From: Dehalococcoidia bacterium
GTDB taxonomy: Bacteria > Chloroflexota > Dehalococcoidia > Lucifugimonadales > UBA3495
Direction: 5' to 3'
Assembly: GCA_965232835.1 (NCBI GenBank)
Contig: OZ247426.1
Location: forward strand, 725,339 to 789,338
Length of the DNA: 64,000 bases
A program made the position numbers and the translations under genes. Shown here in pieces: positions 9,275 to 18,043 of the stretch. Position 1 is the stretch's first letter. Every line of letters begins with the position of its first letter. A model generated the notes under the pieces. That model ran no database searches and had not been told where the DNA came from. It saw only the letters and a list, made by a program, of their open reading frames with translations.

Positions 9275-9340
9275 ACTCCCTCCAAGTCCCCGCCGGTAGT
9301 GTCGCCAAACTCTGACCGGCGGGGATGTTCTTTTTTGCTG

Positions 9341-10989
9341 CTACTCCGACATCAACCTTTCCTGCATCCGCCGAGCCTCCCTGCGAGGCATCCGTTTTGC
9401 AACTCCCTTGTGCGTGGGTAGGGTCAAAGGTTTGTTGGCTAGCAGGTCCTCCACACTGTATCCCTGAATCACGGGGTAGTTGCCCAAGTCGTCGCTGAAC
9501 ACCGCATTTCCGCGCTGATTCTCTACTGTCCGCATGTGGCGACTAAAACAGACGAATACTCCCGCAGTGGCGCCCACACGGCGCACCGTCGTTTCCAAGG
9601 CTTTCACCGAGTCCGGCGTAACCGCCCCTCCCTTTACTTGAACTACCGCCCATTCCGGCTTTGGCCTTTTCCCCCATCGCGTCGGCACGAAAGGAAGCAA
9701 CCCGTCCACCCCCCCGTCTGTCCCCGGAGTGCCTGGGTTGTGGAACAATCCCTCCGCGCCAATCGCCCCGCATACCCATTTCTCAAACTCGAACTTGTCT
9801 CGTTCAGCCAATGCTGCGGCATCCGCGACGTTGACTGGCACACCGCGCACCACTACATCATCAATTGTCAGTCCCTCGAATGCGTTGACTACTCGATTCC
9901 GAACCAACCCCACTGCAAAGGCCGAAAGGTCTATTCCGATCCATCGGCGGTTCAGCCGTTCGGCGGCGTGAACAGCAGTGCCGCAACCGCAGAATGGGTC
10001 AAGCACCAAATGGCCCGTGTTACTGCTTGAGTCGATGATCCGCTCAAGCAGACTCAGCGGCTTTTGGGTCGGATAGCCTAGCCGCTCGCTTGCTCGCGAG
10101 GATATTGGCCCTATGTCGGTCCAAACGTCTTGCAGAGGCACGCCCGGCATTTCGTCCAAGTATCGCTTGTATCGAGGCACCGCACCTGGTCTTGTTTGGA
10201 CAATCCGCCCTTCATCTATTAGCTTTTGCATATTCTCCTGGCTGTATCGCCAATAGCGACTGACCCCCATGACTTCATAGTGCGGATTCCCCTTAGCTGA
10301 ACCATAAGGGCCTGTTAAATCTGTCAGTTGGTACCGCCGTCCCGTCCCTTCTTCTGTGTGCTTGTAAAAGTTCTCCACATACTCGCGGTCGTGAGGGGTG
10401 TATTGTGGGTTCCACGTCCAGTCATTTCCTTTGGTATAGAAAAGCAGCACGTCGTGAATCCGACCGTGCTGCTTTCGCCCCTGCTTAGTGTCACTGTGAG
10501 CGTATGTGCGCTTCCAGACAATCTCTGCCTTGTAGTTTTGTTGGCCGAAAATGGCGTCCATCAGTAGCTTGAGGTAATGGCTGGCGGTGTCGTCGCAGTG
10601 GAGATAGATGCTTCCGGCATCAGATAATACCCGCTGCATGGGGAGCAATCTAGCCGCCATATTTATCAAGTATGGAGCAAGCCCCCCCCCCCCCGACTTT
10701 CACTGTCCACTCGTTGAGCGAGCGTAACTATGTCAGCCAGTACGCGAGAACGAGGGCCACTGCTCAATTCCTGCAAAAGATGATCTTCTTCTGCTCCCCA
10801 TTTCCAAGTGTCCTCAAACGCCTCCACCGGGCGCGTGTCAATATCCTTGTCGGCGAACGGCAGATTATAGACGCTCTTGGAGTTAAAGGGCGGGTCAAGA
10901 TATATGAGGTCAACTGAGCCACCAGGGAGGGCCAGTTCGTCGTTAAGGACGTTCAGGCAGTCGTCGCTGTACAGCATCCGGTCAGCCAT
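9341..10989 (-). CDS. beta-class N6A/N4C DNA methyltransferase fused to a C-terminal Mrr-like PD-(D/E)xK nuclease domain; reading frame broken at a G13 tract
   Basis: ORFs 10666..11007 (LIYLDPPFNS, motif IV) and 9341..10669 (VLDPFCGCGTAVHAA, motif I; DGGVDG...VVQVKGG, Mrr_cat-like) are contiguous. One extra G or two fewer G in the tract fuses them. Likely start is the ATG at 10989 after AGGAG. Confidence 0.85.
10682..10694 (-). repeat. homopolymeric tract (C13 on + strand, G13 on coding strand) inside the methyltransferase gene
   Basis: Read directly: g + 13 c + gacttt. Encodes RGGGG, then the frame ends after LLHT*. Confidence 0.9.
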
Positions 10990-11058
10990 CGCCGCGCTCC
11001 TAGACAAGAGTAACCGCGGCGATTATGATTGGCCTACCCCGCAAAAGTCAACAGAACC

Positions 11059-11066
11059 AGTAGATG
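11059..11066. repeat. 8-bp target-site duplication AGTAGATG (right copy)
   Basis: Identical to 7405..7412. Confidence 0.85.
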
Positions 11067-11518
11067 TGGCCCGCCCGGTGGGACACCATGATTGGGTGGA
11101 AGGTGCTCACCGCGTCCAGCTCCTCCCGGAAGATGGAGCGGTTCTCCGCCGTCTTGGTGTCGTCGTACTTGAAACCCTGCACCCACTGGCCCGGCGGCGT
11201 GGTTTCCGCCCGATCCCGCAGCGCCGTCTGGATGGCGGCGATGGAGGGCAGGTCGCAGTCGGCGGCCATCACGTGGCGAATGCCGCTGTTCAGCACGTGG
11301 ATGTGGGCATCGATGAAGCCGGGGAGGACTGTGCTGCCGGTCAGGTCCAGCACCTTGACGTTGGTGCCGACGAACGTCTCGACGTCCGCGTTGCTTCCAA
11401 CTCCGATGATGCGCCCGTTGCTCATGGCCACGGCCTCGGCGCGGGGCCGGCTGCGGTCCATGGTGATGACGTTTGCGTTCCTGATGACCGTATCGGCCTT
11501 GGTAGGGTTGGTTGACAT
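11059..11518 (-). pseudogene. YtcJ-like amidohydrolase, N-terminal fragment
   Basis: MSTNPTKADTVIRNANVITMD...VLPGFIDAHIHVLNSG...MVSHRAGHIY, then IS-derived WFC*. ATG at 11518 with GAGGAGG upstream. Joins in-frame to 6263..7412 after removal of the IS and one duplication copy. Confidence 0.85.
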
Positions 11519-11734
11519 TGGGCCTCCTCGGGCGTTGCTGGAACGCCTGGCTGGCATTCGTACGTGCGGCAATTGAGACCGCAAGTTTACCACCTTGTTT
11601 GATACTCGTTGATCGCTACAATGAGGCAACCTTTTTCGCCGACAGAGTCTCCCGCGTATCAATTAGGGACAGTCGCAACTGCTGCCAGGGATAAGCATTC
11701 CTGGCAAACCCTCAGCTTCAATACGGAGGACACC

Positions 11735-12892
11735 ATGGGCTGGTCCAACAACCATCCGAACGGCCTGATCCACTATGAGCCTCGGGACGCCTGCCGTGGA
11801 TACACGCTGATTACCAACGTAAGCGGTCATGACTCCCGCCTGATAGACATGGAGGGGCGGGTCTGCCACGCCTGGCACTCCGACGAGGGCATCGGTTATG
11901 CCTACCTGCTGCCCAACGGCCACCTGCTGCTGCGCACCGGGCCCGCCGCCGAGGAGGTCTCGTTCCTCAGCCGTCCGGAGCGGGAGCTGCTGCCCATCGG
12001 CGGCAGGACGGTGGCAGGCGCGATTCTGGAGCTGGACTGGGATAGCAACGTGGTCTGGGAATACCGATACCCTCTGCTGCATCACGACTTCGAGCGTCTG
12101 CCCAACGGCAATACCCTGGTGCTGACGTGGGAGCTGATGCCAGACGAGCTGACCCGGCAGGTCAAGGGCGGCCACGAGTCGGGACACGGCGGAGCCGGCA
12201 TGCTGGGGGACACGGTGCGGGAGATCACGCCCTCCGGCGAGGTCGTTTACGAGTGGAACTCCTGGGAGTATCTGGATGTCGAGGAGGACAGGATCTGCTT
12301 CCTGGAGGGCCGGGCTGAGTGGACGCACCAGAACACCCTCAACGTAACTCCCGAGGGCGACCTGGTGGTCAGCTTCCGCCAGACCGACACCGTCGGCATC
12401 GTCGACCGGGCCAGCGGCGAGTTCCGCTGGAAGTGGGGACGAGGCAACATCTCCCACCAGCACAACCCGACCATGCTGCCCAACGGACGGGTGCTCATAT
12501 TCGACAACGGCCCCCATAAGAGCGGCTTCACCCACTCGCGGGTCATCGAGGTCGATCCCGCCAATAATGAGATTGCTTGGGAGTACCGGGGAGACCCTCC
12601 CATCTCCTTCTACAGCTACCACATCAGCGGCTCCGAGCGTCAGCCTAACGGCAACACGCTGATCTGCGAGGGCGCGCCGGGCCGAATCTTCGAGGTCACG
12701 CCCGGCAAGCAGATCGTGTGGGAGTACATCAACCCGTTCATGGCTCGCAGCGGCTACGGGGTGGGTGGCTCCATCTCGGGCTTGGGCAACTCTGTGTTTC
12801 GCGCCCACCGGTACAGTTACGACCACCCCGCACTGGCTGGGAGGGACCTCAACCCCGACCGGTACGCCAACCTGAACCGCCTGTACGCCTGA
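11735..12892 (+). CDS. arylsulfotransferase (ASST)-like beta-propeller protein
   Basis: Repeated PNGH/PNGN-LL/PNGRVL blade motifs (LPNGHLLL, LPNGNTLVL, LPNGRVLIFDNG, QPNGNTLI). ATG at 11735 after GGAGGA. Confidence 0.6.
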   Translation: MGWSNNHPNGLIHYEPRDACRGYTLITNVSGHDSRLIDMEGRVCHAWHSDEGIGYAYLLPNGHLLLRTGPAAEEVSFLSRPERELLPIGGRTVAGAILELDWDSNVVWEYRYPLLHHDFERLPNGNTLVLTWELMPDELTRQVKGGHESGHGGAGMLGDTVREITPSGEVVYEWNSWEYLDVEEDRICFLEGRAEWTHQNTLNVTPEGDLVVSFRQTDTVGIVDRASGEFRWKWGRGNISHQHNPTMLPNGRVLIFDNGPHKSGFTHSRVIEVDPANNEIAWEYRGDPPISFYSYHISGSERQPNGNTLICEGAPGRIFEVTPGKQIVWEYINPFMARSGYGVGGSISGLGNSVFRAHRYSYDHPALAGRDLNPDRYANLNRLYA

Positions 12893-13035
12893 ACGGTGGA
12901 AGGTAACTTGGGAGGGCTGGGGGTCCGACTACGTACACTGTTCACGTCGACACTCACAGCACGCGATGTTAGGATTCCAGCAAATGCCGGCCTGACATTA
13001 GCCGGGACTCACCGCAGAGACTGGAGGAAGAACCC

Positions 13036-14241
13036 ATGACCGGGAAAGCCCTGGACTACACAACGCTGTTCAATCGCAGCCTGCCCGCTCCTTCCGCGCC
13101 TTTCGGGGGGCACCCGAAGTACAACTTCATCGGCGGGCACAGCGACCCGGACATGGTGCCCATGGAGGGGTTCATCGAGTCTGCGGGCAGGGTGTTTCGG
13201 GGCGATCCCCGCAACATATCGATGTACAACTTCGACGGCGGGCCGCAGGGCATCACTCCCCTGCGTCAGTTCCTGGTAGACAAGCTGGCGACCCACCGAG
13301 GAATCAACACGACCGTTGACGAAATCCTGATCACCTCGGGGTCGGGCCTGGCCATCGAGCTCATCAACGAGATCCTGCTGGAGGAGGGCGATACCGTCAT
13401 CGTTGAGGCGTTCAGCTTCTCCGGCGCCCTAGGCAACATCAGGCGCCGCAAGGTGAACATGGTCGCCATCGACGTCGACCACGACGGCCTGCGGATGGAC
13501 CAGCTGGCCCAGGCCCTGGAGGACCTGAGGTCGCGCGGCGTGCGCCCCAAGTACATCTACACCATCCCCACGCTGCAGAACCCCACCGGCACGGTGATGA
13601 GCATGGAGCGGCGTCTGCGGATGCTGGAGCTCAGCGAGGAATACGGCGTCCCGATCTTCGAGGACGAATGCTACGCCGACCTCATTTTCGAGGGAGAATA
13701 CGAAAACGCCATTCGCTCCCTGGACGACAGCAACCGGGTGCTGCACATCGGTTCGTTCTCCAAGACCCTAGGGCCTGGCACTCGCCTCGGTTACATCGTC
13801 GCCGACTGGGAGGTGATGAGCCGTCTGATGTCCCGCAAGAACGACGCCGGCACCGGCGTCCTCGACCAGATGATTGTTGCCGACTATTTCAACCACCATT
13901 ACGAGGAGCACATCATGAATATGCGCTCCTCGCTCCAGCGCAAGTGCGATGTTCTCGCCAGCGCACTGCGGGAGTCCTTCGGACCGAACGTTGACTTCTA
14001 CGTGCCTCGCGGCGGGATGTACCTGTGGGTCAAGCTGCCCGACGGTGTGGATTCACGCGCCCTGGCCGGGCCTGCCCTGCGGGAGGGCATCGCATTCAAC
14101 CCCGGCCCAGACTGGTCGGCTGACCCTGACGCTGCCGCAAGCTACATCCGCCTGTGCTTCGCCCTCCCCTCCGAGGCCGAGATCTGGGAGGGTGTGGAAA
14201 AGCTGGCGGAGGTATTCCGGAGGGAGGGCGCCATTTCCTGA
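13036..14241 (+). CDS. PLP-dependent aminotransferase (class I/II)
   Basis: 401 aa. SFSKTLGPGTRLGYIV (PLP lysine), YTIPTLQNPTG, IFEDECY. Confidence 0.85.
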   Translation: MTGKALDYTTLFNRSLPAPSAPFGGHPKYNFIGGHSDPDMVPMEGFIESAGRVFRGDPRNISMYNFDGGPQGITPLRQFLVDKLATHRGINTTVDEILITSGSGLAIELINEILLEEGDTVIVEAFSFSGALGNIRRRKVNMVAIDVDHDGLRMDQLAQALEDLRSRGVRPKYIYTIPTLQNPTGTVMSMERRLRMLELSEEYGVPIFEDECYADLIFEGEYENAIRSLDDSNRVLHIGSFSKTLGPGTRLGYIVADWEVMSRLMSRKNDAGTGVLDQMIVADYFNHHYEEHIMNMRSSLQRKCDVLASALRESFGPNVDFYVPRGGMYLWVKLPDGVDSRALAGPALREGIAFNPGPDWSADPDAAASYIRLCFALPSEAEIWEGVEKLAEVFRREGAIS

Positions 14242-14291
14242 TTCCTCCCTCAAGACTCCAGGGCGATCGCGAAGCAGGCGCCACCAATTTT

Positions 14292-14379
14292 GTCTGAATC
14301 AGGATTTGCAGGATTCAAAGATCAACAGGATCAGAAATCATCCTGAAAATCCCGGAATCTTGACAATCCTGATTCAGAC
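14292..14379. repeat. MITE-like palindromic repeat, copy B
   Basis: Perfect 14-bp TIRs gtctgaatcaggat ... atcctgattcagac, with internal CAGGAT/ATCCTG heptamers. Confidence 0.65.
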
Positions 14380-14584
14380 AATGACTTTGCAATAGTCCTG
14401 CCCTTGACGTGGGAGGCTTTGGGTAGGGGTCAAAAGGCAAAAAGGGACTCTCGTGGTTAACCCCACTCATTCACCCTGACTTGAAAAAGTTGCAAGAAAC
14501 CGGCCCCGATCCATTCTGGATAAGGGCCGGTTCACTTTCTTGCCGGGCTATCGAGCGCAACGAGTCAGCTCGTCGGCAAACAGA

Positions 14585-15556
14585 TCAGTTGGGCGTCCAT
14601 ACCATGGCCCCAATTTCGCTGAACTCCCTCTTCAGTTTCTTCCACGAATCGCCGCAGTCGGCGCTGGTGTAGACCTCGCCCAGCAGGCTGGAAGCCAATA
14701 CGAAGTCGGGGTCGGCAGCGTGGGTCACTATGTTCCAGATGTTGGAGTTCGGCTCGTTGGGCAGCGGACGCTCCTCCCAAGTCTGGCCGCCGTCCTGGGA
14801 TCGCTGGATGGCGCCGGTGCTGCCAATTGCAGTGTCGCCAACCGCGGCGAAGAGCACGCTTGGGTCGCCGGGCCGGAAGGCAATGCCCCGGCTGTAGGGC
14901 AGGACGAACTTGTCGGTGGTCACAACCGACTGCCAGCTCTCGCCCATGTCCGTGGTGGCGTAGATCTCCCGGGGCGTGCTGGCCAGGACTGTCCGCGTCT
15001 CGGCGGGACTGATTGCCATGCCGTGAATATCGGGATGCACCCCTCCCTGAACGTGGGTCCAAGAGTCACCACCGTCTACGCTGCGATACACGCCATCCAC
15101 CTCAACGCCGGCCCAGACCGTGCGGTGGTCCTGCGGTTCGACCATCAGCATGGTCACCATGGGCGGGCCGATGTGGCACTCCTGGGCCATTTGCACCGAG
15201 AGCCTGCTCCAACTCTCACCGCCGTCCTTGGAGCGGAAAAGCGCCGCGGGCTTGATGCCGACAAAGATGGTCTCGGCGTCCACCGGGTCAATGGCGATCG
15301 ACCAGATGGGCATACCGTCCATGGCTGACCACAGTTTCTCCCAGGTCGCACCGCAGTCCTCGCTGCGGTAAATGCCATAGTCGGAGCCGGCCAGGATGCG
15401 GTTGGGGTTGTCGGGGTAGACAGCCATCCCCCGTACCTGGCTGCCCAGCGGGAACGGGTCCCTGATGCGGTTCCAGTTATCTCCGCCGTCGGGGCTGTGC
15501 CAGACGCCGCCGCCGAAGCCGACGGCCCCCACGCATATGCTGTAGTCCTTACCCAT
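14585..15556 (-). CDS. BNR/Asp-box repeat beta-propeller protein (Ycf48/sialidase-like)
   Basis: Repeated SxDxGxxW motifs (SPDGGDNW, SEDCGATW, SKDGGESW, SVDGGDSW, TTDMGESW, SQDGGQTW, SADCGDSW). ATG at 15556 after AAGGAGGG. Confidence 0.7.
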   Translation of the reverse strand: MGKDYSICVGAVGFGGGVWHSPDGGDNWNRIRDPFPLGSQVRGMAVYPDNPNRILAGSDYGIYRSEDCGATWEKLWSAMDGMPIWSIAIDPVDAETIFVGIKPAALFRSKDGGESWSRLSVQMAQECHIGPPMVTMLMVEPQDHRTVWAGVEVDGVYRSVDGGDSWTHVQGGVHPDIHGMAISPAETRTVLASTPREIYATTDMGESWQSVVTTDKFVLPYSRGIAFRPGDPSVLFAAVGDTAIGSTGAIQRSQDGGQTWEERPLPNEPNSNIWNIVTHAADPDFVLASSLLGEVYTSADCGDSWKKLKREFSEIGAMVWTPN

Positions 15557-15720
15557 ATCCAGACCCTCCTTTGCCGCTAATTCCTGCTCACTTATGGGTT
15601 TACATGCCCTTTTTAGCAAGTATACGCGACGTCAGAGCCGTATTCCATCGCGATCAGAGAATAGTCGCATCAAGTGCGACTATACCCTGATTGGTGACGA
15701 TGAATTACGGCGAGAATCCG

Positions 15721-17667
15721 TCAGGCATGGCAGTGGCCGTTGACGTGATGCGACGGCGGCACGTCCAGCGCCGGGTTACGGTCGAAGAAGCCGACGGGCA
15801 TCAGCTTGAACCCGGTGTACATCACCGGCATAACCGGCCAGTCCTCGGGTCGTGGGATGTGGTGGCTCCCGAAGTTGTACCAGACCACGATATCGGTGTT
15901 CTCGACGTTCCGGTTTGCCTGGGTCCACTTGGGCAGGCCGTCGCCTCCGGGATGCTGGTTCGGATACGGCCCGGTGGGCGACATCTCCTCGGGATGGTAT
16001 GGAGTTACCCACAGGTGCTTCCGGAAGAAACCGGCACGCTTGGACACGCTGGCCTCGGGATGGGCGAAGGGCAGCAGTCCGTCGCCGGGCACCAGCTTGT
16101 AGCTGACCGGCTGGCCCACATAGTTGTTCACCGACGGGTTGGCTATCAGCCAGTAGCGGCCCGTCAGCGGGTCCACGGTGCGTTGCGCCTCCGACTCGGT
16201 GGCCAGCAGCGTCCTCTCCGGGTAGAACGCGCCGGACTGCGGGTTGTCTGGGCCCAGGGGCTCGGCCACCGTGTTGACCTCGTAGACCGAGTTGTTCGGG
16301 CCGTCGACGGCCATATCCAACCGCATCCCGAAGAAGTGCTGATGGACGTGGCCGCCCAGCTGGGGCGCAATCACAGTGCCGTACTTGGGCTCTTCTCCTG
16401 GCTCCAGGGCCATGTTGTTGACGATGCCGGTGAGCTTCACCTGGAACTCGATGTTGCCGTCCTGGTAGAAGTGCCAGAAGAAACCGTACTCGTAGTTGCC
16501 GACGGTGGCGATGAAGGAGATCACAAGCCGTCGGGAGCGGCGCACCTCGGCTTGCCCGGTGCGCCAGTCGGTGTGCTTCCAGAGGATGCCGAAGTCCTCC
16601 TCGTGCAGGCAGACAGCGTTGGGGATCTCGACGGGTTCACCTCGGCTGTTGTTCAGGACTACGTCGAAGTAGTAGATCTGGCCCAGGCAGTCGCAGCCCA
16701 GCGCGAGGGAGTTGGCCAGGGACCCAATGCCTGCCTCGCCGACGTCGAAGGCGTTCTTTCGGTAGTTCTTCTCCTCGGGATCGCCGTAGGGCACAACCAG
16801 CTCGGACAGCGACGCGCGGTTGATGATGGGCCGCTCGCGTCCCTGGTCCTCGTAGCTGATACCGTGAAGCACCAAGCCCTCGCGCCGTGTGTAGCCCACC
16901 CGGAAGCTCCATTTCTGCCAGGTAACCAGGTTCCCATCGACGCTGAAGCTGGGGCCTTCGGGCTGCACCACGTCCAGTGGCTTCAGGTCGGTGCGGAACT
17001 CCTGCACGAACTCCTCGGCGTAGTTGCCGTCGTTGGGCGGGATGGGCACGACGCCGTGGTCCTCAACCCGCAGCACCTTCATAGCGTTCAGGTCAACGAC
17101 GGCTATTACCCCCTCGATGGGGCGGGCGTACCCGTTGTCATTTGGGCCGGTCTTGAGCCAGCTTCGGGCGAAGGAGAGCCGGACACCCTCCTCCTCGGCA
17201 ACGCCGTAGTTGCCAGCGGGCCAGGGGTCCACCATGACCATGCTGGTGTCGTCGATCCCCCGCTTGCGCAGGGCTGCCTGGAACTCTGGGGAGGCCTTGA
17301 CCGCATTTTCGCAGTCGAAAAACTCGTCCATCATCAGTCGGGGCTGCACGCCGGGTACATGGGTCCACCACTTGACCGCTGATTCATCCAGCGAAACTAC
17401 GGCCTCGTAGGTTTTCCCTGTGTCGTTGTCCAGCAGAATGATGAACGCCTCACGTTCGGGCGGCTTGTGCCCATTACGGCTGAGGACGCTCTCCTTGGGA
17501 GGCTCCTTCAGTTCGACCGACTCGAACTTGACCCTCTCTCCCAGCGACTGGCCGGCGCGCAGGATCGCTACGGCGGCTTCGATCTCCTGCGGGGACAGAG
17601 GGTCGAGCGGGTGGGAAGCCTTGGTGGGACCGGATTGCACGTGGACCGACTGGCCTACAGTTGTCAT
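15721..17667 (-). CDS. copper-containing primary amine oxidase (TPQ enzyme)
   Basis: 648 aa. TPQ precursor motif TVGNYEYGFFW. Cu-His motifs GGHVHQHFF and FGSHHIPRPEDWP. AAGGAGG upstream. Confidence 0.9.
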   Translation of the reverse strand: MTTVGQSVHVQSGPTKASHPLDPLSPQEIEAAVAILRAGQSLGERVKFESVELKEPPKESVLSRNGHKPPEREAFIILLDNDTGKTYEAVVSLDESAVKWWTHVPGVQPRLMMDEFFDCENAVKASPEFQAALRKRGIDDTSMVMVDPWPAGNYGVAEEEGVRLSFARSWLKTGPNDNGYARPIEGVIAVVDLNAMKVLRVEDHGVVPIPPNDGNYAEEFVQEFRTDLKPLDVVQPEGPSFSVDGNLVTWQKWSFRVGYTRREGLVLHGISYEDQGRERPIINRASLSELVVPYGDPEEKNYRKNAFDVGEAGIGSLANSLALGCDCLGQIYYFDVVLNNSRGEPVEIPNAVCLHEEDFGILWKHTDWRTGQAEVRRSRRLVISFIATVGNYEYGFFWHFYQDGNIEFQVKLTGIVNNMALEPGEEPKYGTVIAPQLGGHVHQHFFGMRLDMAVDGPNNSVYEVNTVAEPLGPDNPQSGAFYPERTLLATESEAQRTVDPLTGRYWLIANPSVNNYVGQPVSYKLVPGDGLLPFAHPEASVSKRAGFFRKHLWVTPYHPEEMSPTGPYPNQHPGGDGLPKWTQANRNVENTDIVVWYNFGSHHIPRPEDWPVMPVMYTGFKLMPVGFFDRNPALDVPPSHHVNGHCHA

Positions 17668-17825
17668 TTGGGGCCTCCTTCCCTGTGGTGTTGGCGTTCA
17701 GGTAACGAGAGAACGTGTACGGAGGTTTCAAAGAGCGGCTTGTTGCACAGTATAGTTTCGGCCCGCCCAATGAGAAAGCTCCACGCTTGGTGGCCGCGGG
17801 ACGACTGCAAAATTGTTATCTGACC

Positions 17826-17905
17826 TGTGATTCGTTTGATTTCGGGATTTCGCTGATGGGGCTCTAATCCTGATGGTCCTTTAATCCTGCGAACCTGATT
17901 CAGAC
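17826..17905. repeat. MITE-like repeat, copy C (right half conserved, left half degenerate)
   Basis: ctaatcctgatggtcctttaatcctgcgaacctgattcagac matches the right halves of copies A and B. Confidence 0.4.
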
Positions 17906-18043
17906 AGTTGCATCGCTATCGTCATATCGCCGTACTACAGCAAACTTGACACAGTACAAAAGGCCCACCAGAATTCCCCTCAAATTCGCAATTATTTCTC
18001 GCCTGCGCTTTCAACAGGAACGCGCGGCAACGAAAGGACAGCA

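Larger units (their letters stand above)
7413..11058 (-). mobile_element. IS6/IS26-family element, atypically long (about 3.65 kb) with passenger genes
   Basis: Left IR GGTTCTGTTGCATTTGCTGGGTA (7413..7435) versus the reverse complement of 11035..11058, GGTTCTGTTGACTTTTGCGGGGTA. Flanked by the 8-bp direct repeat. Encodes an IS6-type DDE transposase. Interrupts an amidohydrolase gene. Confidence 0.85.

Noticed and set aside
15691-17382. 563-aa ORF on the + strand
   Set aside because: It is entirely antisense to the well-supported copper amine oxidase gene. Its composition (Val/Gly/His/Leu/Pro-rich, no motifs) is typical of shadow ORFs in high-GC DNA.
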